Positions 25,121 through 39,779 are shown, counted from the stretch's first letter. The stretch is 64,000 nucleotides of DNA from Amphiscolops sp. MND2022 (GCA_964187785.1 OZ076409.1:40426001-40490000); one strand, 5' to 3'. The notes: generated from the sequence alone by a model not told the origin. A program made the numbers and translations.

Positions 25121-27096
25121 GTTAGTGATGTCAACTTTAGCTTGGTGGCTACTTTTTCGTATTATTTCTAAAAAGTTTATTAATAACATCCCAGGTTGTC
25201 TGTCATGACTTGGTGGATATATATGGAAAATCGTGGTTATTCCGAACAACTCTAGAGTAACGGATAATCATTGCTGATATTAATTCATGATATATCCACG
25301 ATAACCCATGGTTAATCTATGATCAGTCCTTGAAGTTGCAATGTGAATAAATGTTTTAGGTTTTTGGCAGGTAGCTGATTATTGCATGCATTTAAGTAAG
25401 CCCAGATCAGGAGCCCTTCTGTATGAAATGATAATGATGTTTACAAATGATGCTTTTTTTGAAGCAAATGTAAGCATAGATGTAATTATATAAACCAATT
25501 TGATGACGGTTCTCTGCTGATAACCTATAACAGTTGCATGAATATCAAATCAAATTTAAACTTGGGTTGAGGCTAAATGGGTCACAGCGTGCACAAAAAC
25601 GCTAGCGGTGTGAACAAAGTTTGTTTAAAAACGTTCAGTATGAGCTCCGTGGTCTGGAAAAATGAGCTCCTTGGGTATCTAGAAAAATCGCGACAAGATA
25701 TTGCCAAGAATGGCAAGATGTCATGGTAAGATCTTATTAGGACAGGCATGCTTACAAGAAAAATCTTACTATGAAGCCCAAGATGGCAAGACAAATTTGA
25801 TACGAACTGCTTGTTATAGAGAAAAGAGCAAGAAAAAAGCAAGAAAAGAGCATCAGAAAAATATTGAAATATTGAAGTCCACTTATTTGATTTTAAAAAC
25901 CATTACAATAGGAGCTAACACCACCGGTATAATCGAAAAATCACAGGAATAAGATTTAAAATCACTGGAATAACATCTAAAACCACTGAATTAAAATTTA
26001 AAACGAACGTTTACGGAAAATCATTGTATACGCTGAAAAAGCACGTAGAGACCCCGGCAGTTAAAATATCATCGAGTATAACAATTTCTAGAATTCTTGA
26101 TGGAAATTTTGAAATCTTAGAACTTTTACATTTTAGAACATATAAAAATCGATGGAATAGGCGAAAATTGATGCCGGCGCAATACATTCGGACTGTTCTA
26201 AAGAGGAGATCCTTAGAAATTTCCTAAGATTAACTTATAATTGGTTAATAGAAGCAGAATTGATACCAGTAGATTTGATGAAACTATCAAGTTATCGAGT
26301 GAAAAAGCTCATCACAATTATAACCTCGCACTATGTAGTTGATAACAAGCATCTCTTTGCACCTTATTTTGAAAAGGAATTGAGCTGGTAATGAAGTTTT
26401 TTCGTTTTTTTTCGGTAATAGTGCTCAACGTAAGCAACGTCCTGAGGGCGGAAATAGTTTTGAAACATAATTATTTTTTAAAATTTGGTTCTTCATGACA
26501 GGATTGTTTACGAGTCAATAGACTCTTTTCTTGTACAGATTGTTTCTTTTACTTCAGTTTATATGTATTATCAGTTTTGATGAATCAATTCCAATCAAAT
26601 GAACTTTTCTTCTTTTTTTTTCAACTCTTTCTATCTGAATCGGTAGTATTTGATCATCGGATAACAATACTTTTTGTAAGATCTCAAAACGAATCTTGCC
26701 ATGGGATCCATGGTTGCCAAGACGCAACAATTTGGCAATATCTTGCCATGGCAAGATGCTAGAATAAGGTCAACCCGGGAACTAGCCACTGTTATATTCG
26801 GGCCTTTTTCTTATAGACGTACCCTGACTTGCGAAAAGGATAGTCAACACAGATTGTTAAAATAACTTTAAAATTTGATGGTTATCTCACATGAAGTTGA
26901 TAAAATCTGATAAAATACTTTTCATGTGAACGTACAATGTATGGCCATCACTGGCACTGTACTTGATTTGGTATTGCTCCACAAAGTATGAGTGGATCAC
27001 AAAGTTCATCTAGGTAACATTTTTCCGAAAACTTTGCCTGCAGAATTTCTCTCCTTCACACTAAATTTTCTACTAATCCACCTTTGTGTGTTTCAG

Positions 27097-27135
27097 AAAG
27101 AAGACAAATATACATACGGCATGCGAGAAATGGAG
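27097..27135 (+). CDS. Host gene exon: cytoplasmic tail (KEDKYTYGMREME)
   Basis: tttcag|...GAG|gtaagt, phase 0-0. Confidence 0.75.
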
Positions 27136-27275
27136 GTAAGTTGATTGCCTACAGTTGTACAATACCAAGAAACAAAACCTGAAATCAACAAAATCTAAAA
27201 CGAACTGTAAACGAGCTTTAAATAGATGTTGATATATATAGAAATGGACAAATTACTATTGACTTTGTGTTTCAG

Positions 27276-27408
27276 TCCAATGGTCGTCGAAATGAAAGTT
27301 TCAATCCAGATGATCGCACCGATAATCCCAGAAACAGGCCAATGGGCGAGGGCCCCTCTTCCAGGGAAGACCGGCCTCAGTCGACCAGAATAAGTGCCGC
27401 TCCCCTCG
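27276..27408 (+). CDS. Host gene exon: cytoplasmic tail
   Basis: tttcag|SNGRRNESFNPDD...APL G|gtatga, phase 0-1. Confidence 0.75.
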
Positions 27409-27585
27409 GTATGAAACCTTTTGACCTTTTAACGCCAGAAAGTTTATCATTTAGCAGAATTTTATACTGCATTTCAATTTTCGATCTGCTCCATCTCATA
27501 ATAACGGAAATATTTAAAGAGTTCATGATCGCTTCCTTGGCCTTGATATCAGAGACATGATATGAAATTGTTTCAACTTTTTTAG

Positions 27586-27599
27586 GATCCGTTTCTTGA
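27586..27599 (+). CDS. Host gene terminal coding exon (GSVS*)
   Basis: ttttttag|GA TCC GTT TCT TGA; the ten exons sum to 1466 nt = 2 + 488 codons with consistent phases. Confidence 0.6.
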
Positions 27600-30500
27600 T
27601 ACAGATGTTTGACGAACTAGTTTTCCTCCTGTTTTATTGGAAGCACATTACGGTTTGAAGAAAACTAGATTTTAATGAAACTTCAACCATTTCTCTACTT
27701 TAACCAGCCCTGGACAAGTTTGAAAAAAATCACTTCAAACAGTTTTGAATCTGCATTTTGTTCTGGAACCTTTTCACGCCGAAGAAAAAGAATTGAGAGT
27801 TGGTAAAAATTTAATGATCAAATGAATGTCGTCATTTTTTGAACCTTCATTTTTTCTTTGTACATTTGAATAAATGAAAAGCTTCCATGGTTTCAAAATG
27901 TCTGTTTTTTTTTCAAAACTGGCTCGTAGATATTTCACTTCACTATGTACATTAAACATTTGGTACGTGTGATGATGAAAACTGAACAAAGCTACTGAAG
28001 ACAGACTCGAAAGTTGGAGTAGCTGAACTAGATCTATCGAATGCTTGTTCAGTTAATGCAAAACGCACTCGAGTGTAAATCAACCAAAATTAGTTGTACA
28101 GAGAGCCAGAGAGAACAAAGTAGTCTCAAACTTTGACCACATGTTGTAACCGTCGCTGTTGATTAATGCCGTGACAAACGCAAGAAAAAGCACCATGTCT
28201 CCAAAACAAGTCGAGAAAAATTGAGTTATTTTTAGTTAGTTTATTTGCGAGATGCTAGATTCAAAAAATGCATGGAACGAGGAAAAAATTGAAGCAAGTA
28301 AAAATTCACGTTTGCAATGTTTACAATGCTAAAAAGTTTCACGTTTGCAATGTTTACAATGCTAAAACAACCCAGCATTTAGAATGAAAATTTGTTTAAA
28401 ATCTCTATGATCGTTTGAAAATGGAACTTGAAAGTTTTTCCTGAGTCCCTTAAAATAGACTAGCGTTGGTTCCACTTGGTGATAAGAGATAAAGCTCAGA
28501 GGAAACAATACTCGAGTGAATTTATCTTCAGATGCCTTTTATATTGGTTCCCGGTTTGACAACACAGAGGTATACCATAGATTTTTTGGGCTGTCAGATC
28601 TTAGGGTCGCAGAAGTAACAGAGAGTTCTTAGTCTGAGCAAAAATATGGTCCCGGACAGCGGATTCTAGTAAATCACTTGCTTCGAAACTGTTCATTGAA
28701 CAAGTTTGGCACGAGATTTAATTGTGTTAATTTGTATTTCGCATTCAAAATAATTAGCCGTCCAATCCACGTCACAACCTACTAATCAACCTCAGAACGA
28801 AATATAAGGAAGCAAGTGGAATTTCCAGTGATTTCAATTTAAATGCAAAAATGACAAAAAATTACTGTAACGAAATCTAGTTATAACCAAATACTATAGC
28901 AACACCAGCAACCCATGTTCCCGGAATATCGAAACAACAGAACATAGTCAACACTTCTAATAAACCAGATGGTAACGACAACCGTCAAAGCGAAGTCAAT
29001 ATGACAAAAGAATCTTATAAAAATCAACAATCACTCCGAACGACCACCACGGAACATTACAGCAAAAGCACTTCGTCCACACCTCTACCAACCCAGATGG
29101 TAACCTAATCCGCAAAAACAAAGTCAATATGATAAAAGAGCTTCTCAAAAATCAACAAGCAACCATAGAAAGTCCGCGTGAAATGGATAGAATAAAGTTT
29201 ATATCAAGGACCGAACATTATTCTGTCATTACAACCACCGTGATGGGGATAAGTTTTTGTGCTCGAGCAGCGGAAGCTTGAACTTGATTGATTCTAGCTC
29301 GGATTCCAGCTAAGTTGAGGGGACGTTTGAGAGATTCAGAGATTCAAATATTCCATGGAAAGCCTAGTTCAGAGACATATCTTAGTCTGATACCATGTTC
29401 GGGCCAGAGACTTCCTAGTCCGGGTTTAGGTCTGTGCCAGAGATTTCGTACCAGGATCTTGTCACGGGTTTTCCCTCCGTAAGACCAATTGTATGAACAG
29501 TCTTACCCTTTTTGGCATGCTTTGCGCCCCTTCAAATTGGCCTTTAAATCAAAACCAGCCCGTACACTAATCTTAGCCCTATAAAAACTGGTTAGCTTCA
29601 TGCGGTATATCTTACAGGCTTACACAGCAATTTGTATTTTTCTTTTCCTCCCGTTGGAGAAAGAAAAATACTGACTGGGCCCCGTGGTTAGTTCCAAAAC
29701 CGCTCATGTTCAAAGTTCACACCAAAACTTCGCGTTCACATAATCAAACTACAAGAGTTTTAGTTTTGTGCGATATGAGTTTCTAGAGGTTTTTGGATTT
29801 TCACCTTTTTATCACCTCAAAACAACCCAAAAAGAGTAAAAAAAGTCAACTATTCCAAAATTGGTTGAACTTAGATATTTTTCATGCACCTCGAACAATT
29901 TCATGGGTGAGAATTTTCAAAAATTCAACGACGACGAAACTAGAAATACAACAAGCTTTTTAGAAGAAGAAGTTGCAGTTTTGCTCACACAGTTGTAGTT
30001 TTTGCTTAAACAGTATTTTAGAAAGACCCCCAAAATTCGAACAAAATCTACCCTTTTTCAATGTTTGATCTTTTTGCAAGATTTTCACTATTCTCCAGAG
30101 ATTTTAAATCTTTTACTCTTTGCAGTTTTTGGTTAGAGAAACGTCCTAAAAACGCCCAAAAAACAAGAAGTCCCACAAAATTTTTTGACTTTTCAAACTC
30201 AATATTTGTTCAGTTGAAGGACTATTTCGTAAAATAGAACATGCACTCACATCAAGGTTGAAACAATGAGTTAATCAGCAGTCTAGTCGAAAGAGAAAGA
30301 TGAGATTATTCATCTGAAATCCTTCAAAATGATAAAAATTCCTATCTTTCTTTTTTTGACAATATGACTGCCAATTTCGTACAACTCACGAACGGTTCCG
30401 TGAACAAGAAAATCGAATTGCTCAGCAAAATAAAAATTAACTTCCAAAACGCTTTTCAAAAGAAGAATTGGAAGAAGAACTCTCCAAAAAATAATAATTT

Positions 30501-31324
30501 TTGTCAAGCTACCTGAAGTTCATTCTGTTTCACACTTTTTTGCCAAACATTGAACACTTTTTTATTGATTCGCTGACATCGAAAAATGCAACAATTCAAG
30601 GCAAAATTACATCTCCTGTTGTCATGACAAAATATGCATACTTTGTCGTCGAAGGAAGACTGAAGTTTCTGATATTTCAAAAAAGCGACTGAAAAGTAAA
30701 AAAAAAGCAAATATGTTTATTTTATTTGGACAAATTTTGTGGCATTTCAGTTTGGCTTCGTAGGAATTACTTTCCACAGAGTTTAGAAACGAATCTATTG
30801 CTGGTGAAAACATTTTGATTACGATGTTCCTTTGAAAACGAAGCTCGGAATGAATTGAGAACTGACAAAATTTTCACGGTATTATCCAGTTTGTGTACAA
30901 CGTTTGGGCGTTTCCGTTACTAAGCAGTTCCCCATTTTATTTTCCACGAGTGTTGATGACTCTTCAGCATGTTTTGGTTATGAGAATTTCAACTATTCTG
31001 GTTAAAATGCCTGAAATATTGAAAACCAAATGTTCTTTATTCTAACGTGTCTTCTATTGTTACAATTCTCTAACAACTTTTGGACGTTTACCAGTGGTGT
31101 GAAGGTCCAAAGAGTTGACAAATCAAACAATCAGCTACTTATCTTACCTTTGTATTTGAAAAAAATTGCCTTAGCACGTTTATTGTTTTTGTTGACACAT
31201 TTGTAGTTGTTGAAGCGGTAGGCCTGCGTTAGTGCAGATTCTCGTTCAAATACCTCTCAACTCAGCATCTTTCTGTTTTGAACAAGTTCTTAATATCCCA
31301 TCTCAGCAGTATGGTCTGGAATTA

Positions 31325-31515
31325 CCCTAGTCGAGATTGCTTGAACTTTTTACATGCTGCATGGAAACATGCAGGCTAATTTTTTACAACAGATGGAAAA
31401 TTCAGGGAGCCTGCATGGAAACATTTTGTAGGATTACAATGCAGCTTCCACTATTTCAAAATTAGGTTGGTAACTTACAAAAACATGTAAAAAGTTCAAG
31501 CAGTTCCAACCAGGG
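31325..31515 (-). mobile_element. MITE family X, internally deleted 191-bp copy
   Basis: TA|CCCTAGTCGAGATTGCTTGAAC ... CAAGCAGTTCCAACCAGGG|TA. Confidence 0.85.
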
Positions 31516-31789
31516 TAGTGCATTTGGTGAAGATAACAAACGTTAAGAAGCATTCACGGTCAGTCAGGTGACTTAGGGCGTTACACTTGGAAATCACATG
31601 TGGCCGGAAATGTTTTTTTTCAGCAAAATCTTTGCCATTAGGGGAGGGGCCCCGGATGGCCAGTAGTACGGCATAGCTCCCTACCAAATACAGATGGAAA
31701 AATCGTGATTTCGGAAACTAGCCGTCAGAATTTGCTCAAATTTTGCATACGGCTTCCTATAACAATCCTAAGAACTAATCCCTACTGGC

Positions 31790-31963
31790 ATTTTCACTTC
31801 CCGGTACCACCTCTTCATAGAAGCTACCGGACAATAGTTGCAGTCACGTTGTCAATTGATTATGAGCTTGAAGCTGCAGCTTCAAGCTCATAATCAATTG
31901 ACAACGTGACTGCAACTATTGTCCGGTAGCTTCTATGAAGAGGTGGTATCGGGAAGTGAAAAT
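31790..31963. repeat. 174-bp spacer-free palindrome
   Basis: Mirror axis 31876/31877 (GCTG|CAGC), one mismatch seen. Confidence 0.95.
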
Positions 31964-33899
31964 TTTTCGAATATAAAAAATTCTGCACGCTGAATAATTC
32001 AAGAATTTACCTCATTCTTCTTCATCCTAACTTCCGACAATTTTTGACACCTTGATCGCATTTTTTCGAAAATTTTTATTGGTGCTGGTATTCAAACATT
32101 TCATCAACAAAATAATTGGGTACTTGGCGTGTTCCCAATTCAAGTGTTTTCTTTCAAAATTTTTCACGTTACGGAGTTGAGCCAACTTTTTGTTTGCAAA
32201 TTTTGTTGAACATCTTTGCATTTTCATTTGTTTTTGGTGACTCCTCGCGAGCCTTGAAATTATTTCGTTGCTAGAACAGTTTGTGTCGGAAAATATCCTA
32301 TTATTCAGCTGGCATCTCTTTTCATTCAAATTGAGGAACGTTCGTTGCTGACATGATCACGTTGTATTCACAGCTTGTTTTTTTTTAAATTGCTGTAATC
32401 ACCGTTTCTGGAGATGACTATAGTTCGCAGATTGTAACTTGGAGTTATTTCGCAGATTGATTTTTCTTTGTCTTGAATTTTGCAGATTTCTCAGCTGCAA
32501 CTTCCAAACTTTTGTTGAAAGCCACTTGAAAGCAGTCAGTTACAGCAGGACAACTTTCTCACGACAGTTTGACCACGAGTTTTTAATAATTACCATAAAA
32601 GTTGTTAGCAATCTTCAAAAACCAACAAAGTCCTAGAAATTGGAACAAGAGGGAACAACACAAGTGAATGTAGCAGATTAGCGATTTCAGTCGTTAAACG
32701 CGCCTGTTAGAATTAGGTGGCTGTAATAGTTGGGCGATTTTAGTCCCAACTAAAAGAGCCGACCAAAAACTTCTCCTACTCCCGACCAAAGGTAACCATC
32801 TTTGGCCATGTTGTTTTCAATCACAGCCCCATTGTTGGTCATATGTGGATCAGTGATGTACTACCAATGGAACTATTCCAAGATGTTTTTCAAATTAGTA
32901 CAAATACCGCAATTCAAACCTGCAGTCTAATATGCTTGGAAGTTCGGTTTTTTACTCCTCGATTGTCTGCGCTTGTAGTTTGTTTGTTTTGACAAAGCTT
33001 TTTTTGTCTCTGCGACACTGCCCACATGGCTGCTCACGATACACAGTGTTTTAAAAACGTCCTCGATGCTATCCTGGGTCAATACAGCATTTCAAAAAAC
33101 AATTTCGCCTAATTTCAATATTTTAGTACTTTTGGGTTCCAGCTAAATTTCGTAGATTCTTCGAACAATTCTTCTGATGCAAAATTCCATATCGATGGGC
33201 CATTGTTGCCCATCAATGTGACAAGTATTGAAAGAGCCTAATTTACTGGAGGTTATCGGTTGCCAATGGGAGACTATCGGTGGATTTCTCTGGAAAATCA
33301 GCTCTAGAGTTTCTACATAATCTGAAGTGCAGGTTCAGTTTATAATTAATTCAGGAGAAATTGTATTGATCAGCTGTATTGGACTACAATTCAAGCAACG
33401 AATCTTAGTTGATTCAATGTCAACTTTCTACTAGCGAGAAAATTTTGGAACCTTGTGAGTTGCAACCCCACAATCCGTTGAGATTGCAATCTGATTGATT
33501 TGGTACTCAGCTGTAAACCACTAAGCTACCAGGTCCACGCTACTGAGAGTCTAACTTGCTCTCTTGAACTTGTATATTCGTATTCAAGCTTTCTTTTGAT
33601 TACAGCTAACTATGAGAGTGAACACTCTAACACTTTCGCTTAAGTTGTATATCATCTTTCTCACGTTCTGTAAGCGTTATGTTTTTATGTTTTCTCCCCC
33701 AAAACTTTTCATAGGGAGTTTTTTGCTTCTTGTCCTTTTTGACAAGGTTCCTTATATAAGCGGCTGTGTCTACAGCTCTTAGCCAATAGCATTTAGGTAG
33801 TTTTGATTCAATATGGAAACATTCGAGCAGTCTCTACAACGGTTCGATTGTATTGCTCAGCGACACCATTTTGTTGTTGAGTTTCAGGAACTGTGTACT

Positions 33900-35830
33900 C
33901 TTGTTAGAGTTTGCTGTTAGTACAATAGTTTTCGAAGTTGTTGTTTGTTAACTCGGTGCCATTGTCAGACCGTAGTTTATGAGACGTACGGCATTCAGCG
34001 ATATACTCCTTGAATTTTTCTAGTACTTGGTTTTTGTGTCGAATACATTTGACACCAAGATGCGAACAGTATTCGTCAATAAACGTAACAAAGTATCTAG
34101 AACGACCTTTACTCGATGGAGTAATTGGACCAGTAACATTCCTGACAACTCTCTCGTGAGCTTTTGGAGCTTTTATTTATCTCGTTTCGGGACAAGCGTC
34201 TTAGTTATTTTAGCTAGGGAACAAATTACACAATTTTCATCTATTTCGATTAGGTCTTTCAACAGAGAGTGCTTTAAGTCTCCGTAATCCACATGCCCAA
34301 CTCTTTTGTGCCAGAGTTGCGTCTCGTTTGACCCACCACTCAAAACTAGCACAGTGGTTTCGTTGCTTTGGGATCATGCTTATGTAGAAAAGATTTCCTT
34401 TTCTAGTGAGTGATAGAAGCTTTTTCAATTGCTTTGAGGTAAGCTCTTTTTTCATCATGAACAACTTTGTGTTCATTATCCACAAAACTTGATACATAGA
34501 TGAAGTTTGTTCGGTATGCTGGCACAAACAGAGCTTTCCGCATAACTAAAGGCTTAGTTTTTCCGTTTACGTCTTTAGCTAAGATTTCAACTTTTTCTAT
34601 TCCTAAGATCTTCGTATCGATTGCTTTCATGTTCTTGGACCAATTCTTGGTCACAATAGCATGGTCAGTACTTCCTGAGTCTACCACTAAATCTTTAGCT
34701 GTTGCCTCACTTGAGTCTCCTGACGTAAGACTTGACGCTAAGCTTCCGGGCTTAGCTCCTTCGAACTTGTTAGTTTTTTTGATACATGCATTTTCAAAAA
34801 GGGCTTTTCATTTTGCAGTATGTACACTCAGCTTAGTCCTCATGATAACAATCTGTTTTTAAGTGCCCTTTTCATGTCACAGCAATAGCATGTCTGTCCT
34901 GAGTTCGACTTAGGCACAGTGTTATATTTGCAAAAGGACTTGGGTTTGGTCTTGATTTTCTTGGACACATCGTCACGTGTGAACCATCGTCAACTACTTT
35001 CTCCCGGTGATGGCGACTTTCATCATAGTTGGTGAGCTTTGTCCTCAGTTCCACAAAACTGCCAGCAGTATTGAAACTTTCCTGCGCCACGAAATGCTCA
35101 TAGCGTTCAGGAAGGCTGTTGAGAACCATCGCGTTGAGTAGTGGCTCTATCAAGTGTTCCCCAGCTTGTCCGATGCGTGTTGACAACTCTTGGACCGGGA
35201 TGAAGTTTTAGGGTAGTGCTTCATCCTCCTTCAGTGTTAGGCGGGCCAGTTGTCTCATCACACTAACGACTGTCACCGTTTCGTTGCTTCGGAACCTCTC
35301 TTGGAGTAGCCCCCATGCCTTGTGACAATCACTGAGTCCTTTGTTGTTAGCACAGTCAAGCCTGATCAACATCAGGCTGGTTGTACCGAGAACCATTGCA
35401 AGGTAGCACCAGAATGTGTTCTTGCGTTTCCCGATGTTATCGAGCGCCCGTCTGTATTGTGCTTTTGCTGCTTCGTGAGCAGCGCGTTGCTCGTCAGTTG
35501 GATCACTACCAACCCTTGTTGGACCGGTTGGTGATGGCTCATCTCCAGTGAGAGTTCCGAAGGACCTTTCGTTTGAGAAAAGTCTTAAAACCTAGTGCTC
35601 CAGATCGGGTAGTCGTCGGTCATGCCCGGGAATCAGAGCCAATTGAGATGTTGTTGCTCCCCATTTAGTTTGCGCGTTTTTGGGAAAGTTTGAAAATTTT
35701 GGAATCCTTTCTCTGGAACTGGCTACTTTGGGGCCATAATCTGTTGAAGATCGGTACAAAACCACTTCAGTCCTTCAGCAGTTTATGTTATACGGCGACT
35801 GTAGAGAGTCAATCAGTTCGTGAGATATTT
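33900..35830 (-). mobile_element. Decayed Ty1/Copia element: LTR end, PBS, gag, protease, integrase fragments
   Basis: - strand ...TCTTCAACA|GATTATGGCCCC resembles copia PBS GGTTATGGGCCC (~35741-35730); gag LLNAMVLNSLPERYEHFV; protease VDSGSTDH; LWHKRVGH pre-integrase; many frameshifts; ends approximate. Confidence 0.85.
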
Positions 35831-37124
35831 GGTTTCGAGGAGTTTTTAAGCTTTCAGTTTTTGTTCCGAGCCAAGACCAAGTAGATTTTAGGGTTCAAAC
35901 ACCTTTTCCACCAAGAGGTACAAGAGAAAATTCATCGAAACGTCACTTATTGAGAGCTTGTTTTGACAACATGAGTTGTGAAATTGAAAGAAAAGCACCG
36001 GGAATATATAGTCAGTAATGCAAATTTGATGTTTATCAGAAAAGTGGAAGTAAAGAACATTTGTTCTCACACGTTCTTGAACTACTGAAAGACACTCGAA
36101 CTGGAAATGTCACTCAAAGATTGTAATACTGCGGTGTATAAAATCGTGTGATAGTTTCACGACCCAAGGGGTTATGTTTGTTAGTACTTTGGACATTCAA
36201 TATTGAATGTCAAAGACCAGTAAAAAACCATCTAAAATAGTACCAAATTTACTTTCTATCAATATAGATTTCCCGGAGTACATCGGGTAAGTTTGTTTCG
36301 TCTAAATTGTGAGCTATTAGTTATAAAGGTTAAAGTCTTTAGCTCTTGAATTTTACTAGGAGTTTTCGTAAGATTTCCTCAACAAGCTGCAACATTTTTG
36401 CAAATAGATTTCGATCATGGAGACTTCGATATGAACAGTAGGTTTTGATACACTGTGAGTATGTTTTCAATCCAATACCTGCTGGGAAATGTAGCACTTC
36501 TTTTGCGCATTGCAGAGAGGAGTTCATGATCATTCGAACATCTACTATCTCTATACAGAAAGCTGGAAAGGCTGTATTTGCACTGATTTGAAAAAGTTGA
36601 CCAGTTACAAGAAGAGTTTTTGGGAATAACATTGAACAATTTTCTTCCTTTAAAGATTCAACAAAATTCTGAAGAGTTTCAAAATACCGAGACTTTCTCT
36701 AGAACCCTTTCAGGGCAATACTTCATTTGTGATGAAATTATAGCTTTTAACTGAACATTAAAAAGATTTTCTTCGGTTAACTCCAAGATAGCTCATCCCA
36801 ATTTGTAAGATGATTGAAAACTCTTTTTCTTTACAGAGCGTTGGCTCTTTTTGCTCTGGTCCCCTCACAGTTAAAAGTTAAAACTCTCGGTAACAAAATC
36901 AACAACATTGCTCAAACACGATTAAGAGATTAGCACCAACATTTACAGAAATTTATTTTTTGACGGAAAAGATCAAAAAGAGCCATCTGATGACCGATGT
37001 TCGGATAATGATCGTTCTCAAAACTGCAGGACTGCGATTGCACAATTAACTCGGGAACTGTTCGAAAGTCTTGACTTGAGAAGAACTAAAATTTTACCCA
37101 TGGACTGATTTTTGACTTTCAGAC

Positions 37125-37205
37125 TGAACCTTGACCTTTGGGATGAAATCTGACCTTTTGGCTGATAATCGACCTTTGGGCTGAACTCTGACCTTTGGGC
37201 TAAAC
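37125..37205 (+). repeat. Short tandem repeat, ~19-bp unit x4
   Basis: CTGAACYYTGACCTTTGGG-like units. Confidence 0.7.
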
Positions 37206-39663
37206 TTTGTTCAATGATAAAAGCTTAAATTGTTATTTGGAATTTTCACTGAATGAAGCAGCTGCTAAAGTTGACATTCAAGAAAAAATGAATGAAAGGA
37301 AGATTAAGTGACGGAGACTTAAAACTTGGGACTGTATTTCTTAATATTTCAAGATTCCAACCATGTTTCTTTCTGAGTCATTCATTGTTTCTATATAGTT
37401 GATGGACCCTGAGCATTTTGAGTAAGAACTTCGGAAGAGCCTTTTTCAGTTTTTTAAGCAAATATCAAAATGAATAAACAGCTCGAAAAAAATTTTGGGA
37501 AAAATGAGATTGCAAGACTTTTCTAAGAATTTCTAGCACGATGTGTTTTTACCACACGTGGTAATTTCAAACATCTCTTCATCTAAAGACTGATCACCAA
37601 CTGGAGAAATGCAAAGTTAAATTTTTCGCAGGTCTTGAAGTTTACTCCTCAAATCCCGTGCATCTTCAGGCTTACAGTAAGCAAACGACAAACGATGCCT
37701 AAAAACACAAAACTGTTTGACAAATGAAACGCATATTAATAACAACGAGCAGATTTTTGTAATTTAAAACTCACACTATAACTGTTAACGGAAATGCTTC
37801 GTGTGCTAACCTCCAAAAACAATATAAGAAAGCTAACACGTAACTGTGAATTTTCACTTATCGTCAAAAAGATGAAGCCGAATAATTTGAACTTGAACTT
37901 ACCAGTTTGTACCTATGTAGATGTGCACCGGAGAATTAATAAGGAACTGAGCACCGGATTTTCCCACCCAAAGCTCTTTTAACGACGAAATATTCTCAAG
38001 GCTCGGGCGTAACTGAAAAAACTCGATGTGGCCAAAAAATCCTTTTCTGAAAAACAGATTTTTCTATGCGAAAGTATGCCAAGTAGTTGATTATTCTGTT
38101 GTTGAACTCAGGAAAGTCATACCCGCAAACAAACAGAAACTGTAAATCAATTGCATGCATAAAATAGTCGATAATTGAGAAAGAAGAAGAAAGTCCATTT
38201 CCCCAAAAAGAACGTCGAAGAAGACCGTTTTTCTAGTCTAGGTCCCTTTTTGCTGACTATCTTCCCAAAGTAAGAAACGCTACCATAAAGACAACTAAAA
38301 AGTTCTAAAAAATCAGTTTGAAGCTGTGGTTCCAAAGTGACTTGCCAAGATCACAAAGGTTTGTCTGCTCGCCGTTGCTTTATTGTCTGTCATTTTCTCT
38401 GCGTTTTTAGTCGGCGCTTTTCCTTTAAGAGAAAAATGCCCGACTATTGCAGTGACTTTTTTTTCTCCCGACTACAATCCTCGCACTGATCGGTCCACTT
38501 TTTAGAAACAATCCTGAAACCACCTAAGGCCAAGTCCCGCCAAGGCAAACTTAGTCCAAAGGGTCCCCCTTTCATTTTTTACTTCTCAAGGAAACCTACA
38601 AAGCCGGACGTGCCTAAAGGGTCCCCCTTTAGATTTTTTTCGGCACTGTGCAACATTTTTTGAAAGAAAAAAATTCTAAAATTTCTAAAAAAAATTCTAA
38701 AAGTTTTTTCCCAAAAAATGTTTTGCGCTTTTTGAGTCTTAGATATAGCGCCGACGTTCTCGTCTTCTTTTTCTACCACACTCTAAACTAAGGTTAAAGG
38801 ACTTACGTAAGGTCTCAAATTGATAAGTTGAGAGAGTTCCAAGATTGATAACGCACCAATACATGCCTAATGCTCTAACAACAACACCTTGATCATTCCA
38901 AATCTAATATTTTGACCTATTTTGAATCGTTTCACGCACTGTTTTGAAAGAAAAAAACAAGTGTTTAGTCTCGAAAAAAACACATGGTAGCCATTTCATT
39001 GGGTTTTCAACTTTCTATGTCTTCATACCTACTGAAACAACTGAAAATTGTACAAAGTATCCTTAGAACATTCGAAAATTGAAAACTTTTCTTTTCAATT
39101 TAGGAATCTCTTTAAGAACAAAACTATATCGTTTTCTGTAACAGAGCTGTGATAAAACTTAGCCAAGTATCTAAATGGTCTTTCTTGTTGAGCTCTGTGG
39201 ATATTCATACCCTCGAAAATCTGGGAAAATGTTTCATAAACTGCAAGAAATTGTTTCAAAAAATCGAAAAATACTACTGTTTTGGCAGTTATTCAATTGT
39301 TATTCAATTAACCACAAATGCATATGCTACTAAGCTACTTTTATGGTTGTTGAACTCCGTGGAAGAACCTCGATTTGGAACACAGCAAAATTGGAACACA
39401 GCATAGAAATTTCGGCGGAAAATTATTCTGAGAACCAGTGATTCTAGAAACTTAGTATCAGATTGAATGCTGCAGCGTCTCGTTCAAATCCATGTTGAAC
39501 AATGAGTTCCAGATGTCAACAATTTGCAGGCTTTTTCCTCGAAAATTGCCATCCTCATTAACACTTAAAAGGACTGGAAGCTCAAAGTTAATTACGTTTC
39601 GTTTGAATGCTCTCATTCAGTCAAAACAAGTATTTTTGAAATTGCGTCCGTTACTGTAACATG

Positions 39664-39779
39664 TAAAATCCAGTAAAGAAGATTTCTCCAAATTTATGAA
39701 TCCTGACAAGATTTTCAGGTGCACCTGAAAATCTTGTCAGGATTCATAAATTTGGAGAAATCTTCTTTACTGGATTTTA
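39664..39779. repeat. 116-bp perfect spacer-free palindrome
   Basis: Mirror axis 39721/39722 (GGTG|CACC), no mismatch seen. Confidence 0.95.

Noticed and set aside
33476..33842. Possible 3' LTR of the Copia remnant
   Set aside because: LTR-like composition but no clear match to the sequence next to the PBS at 35742
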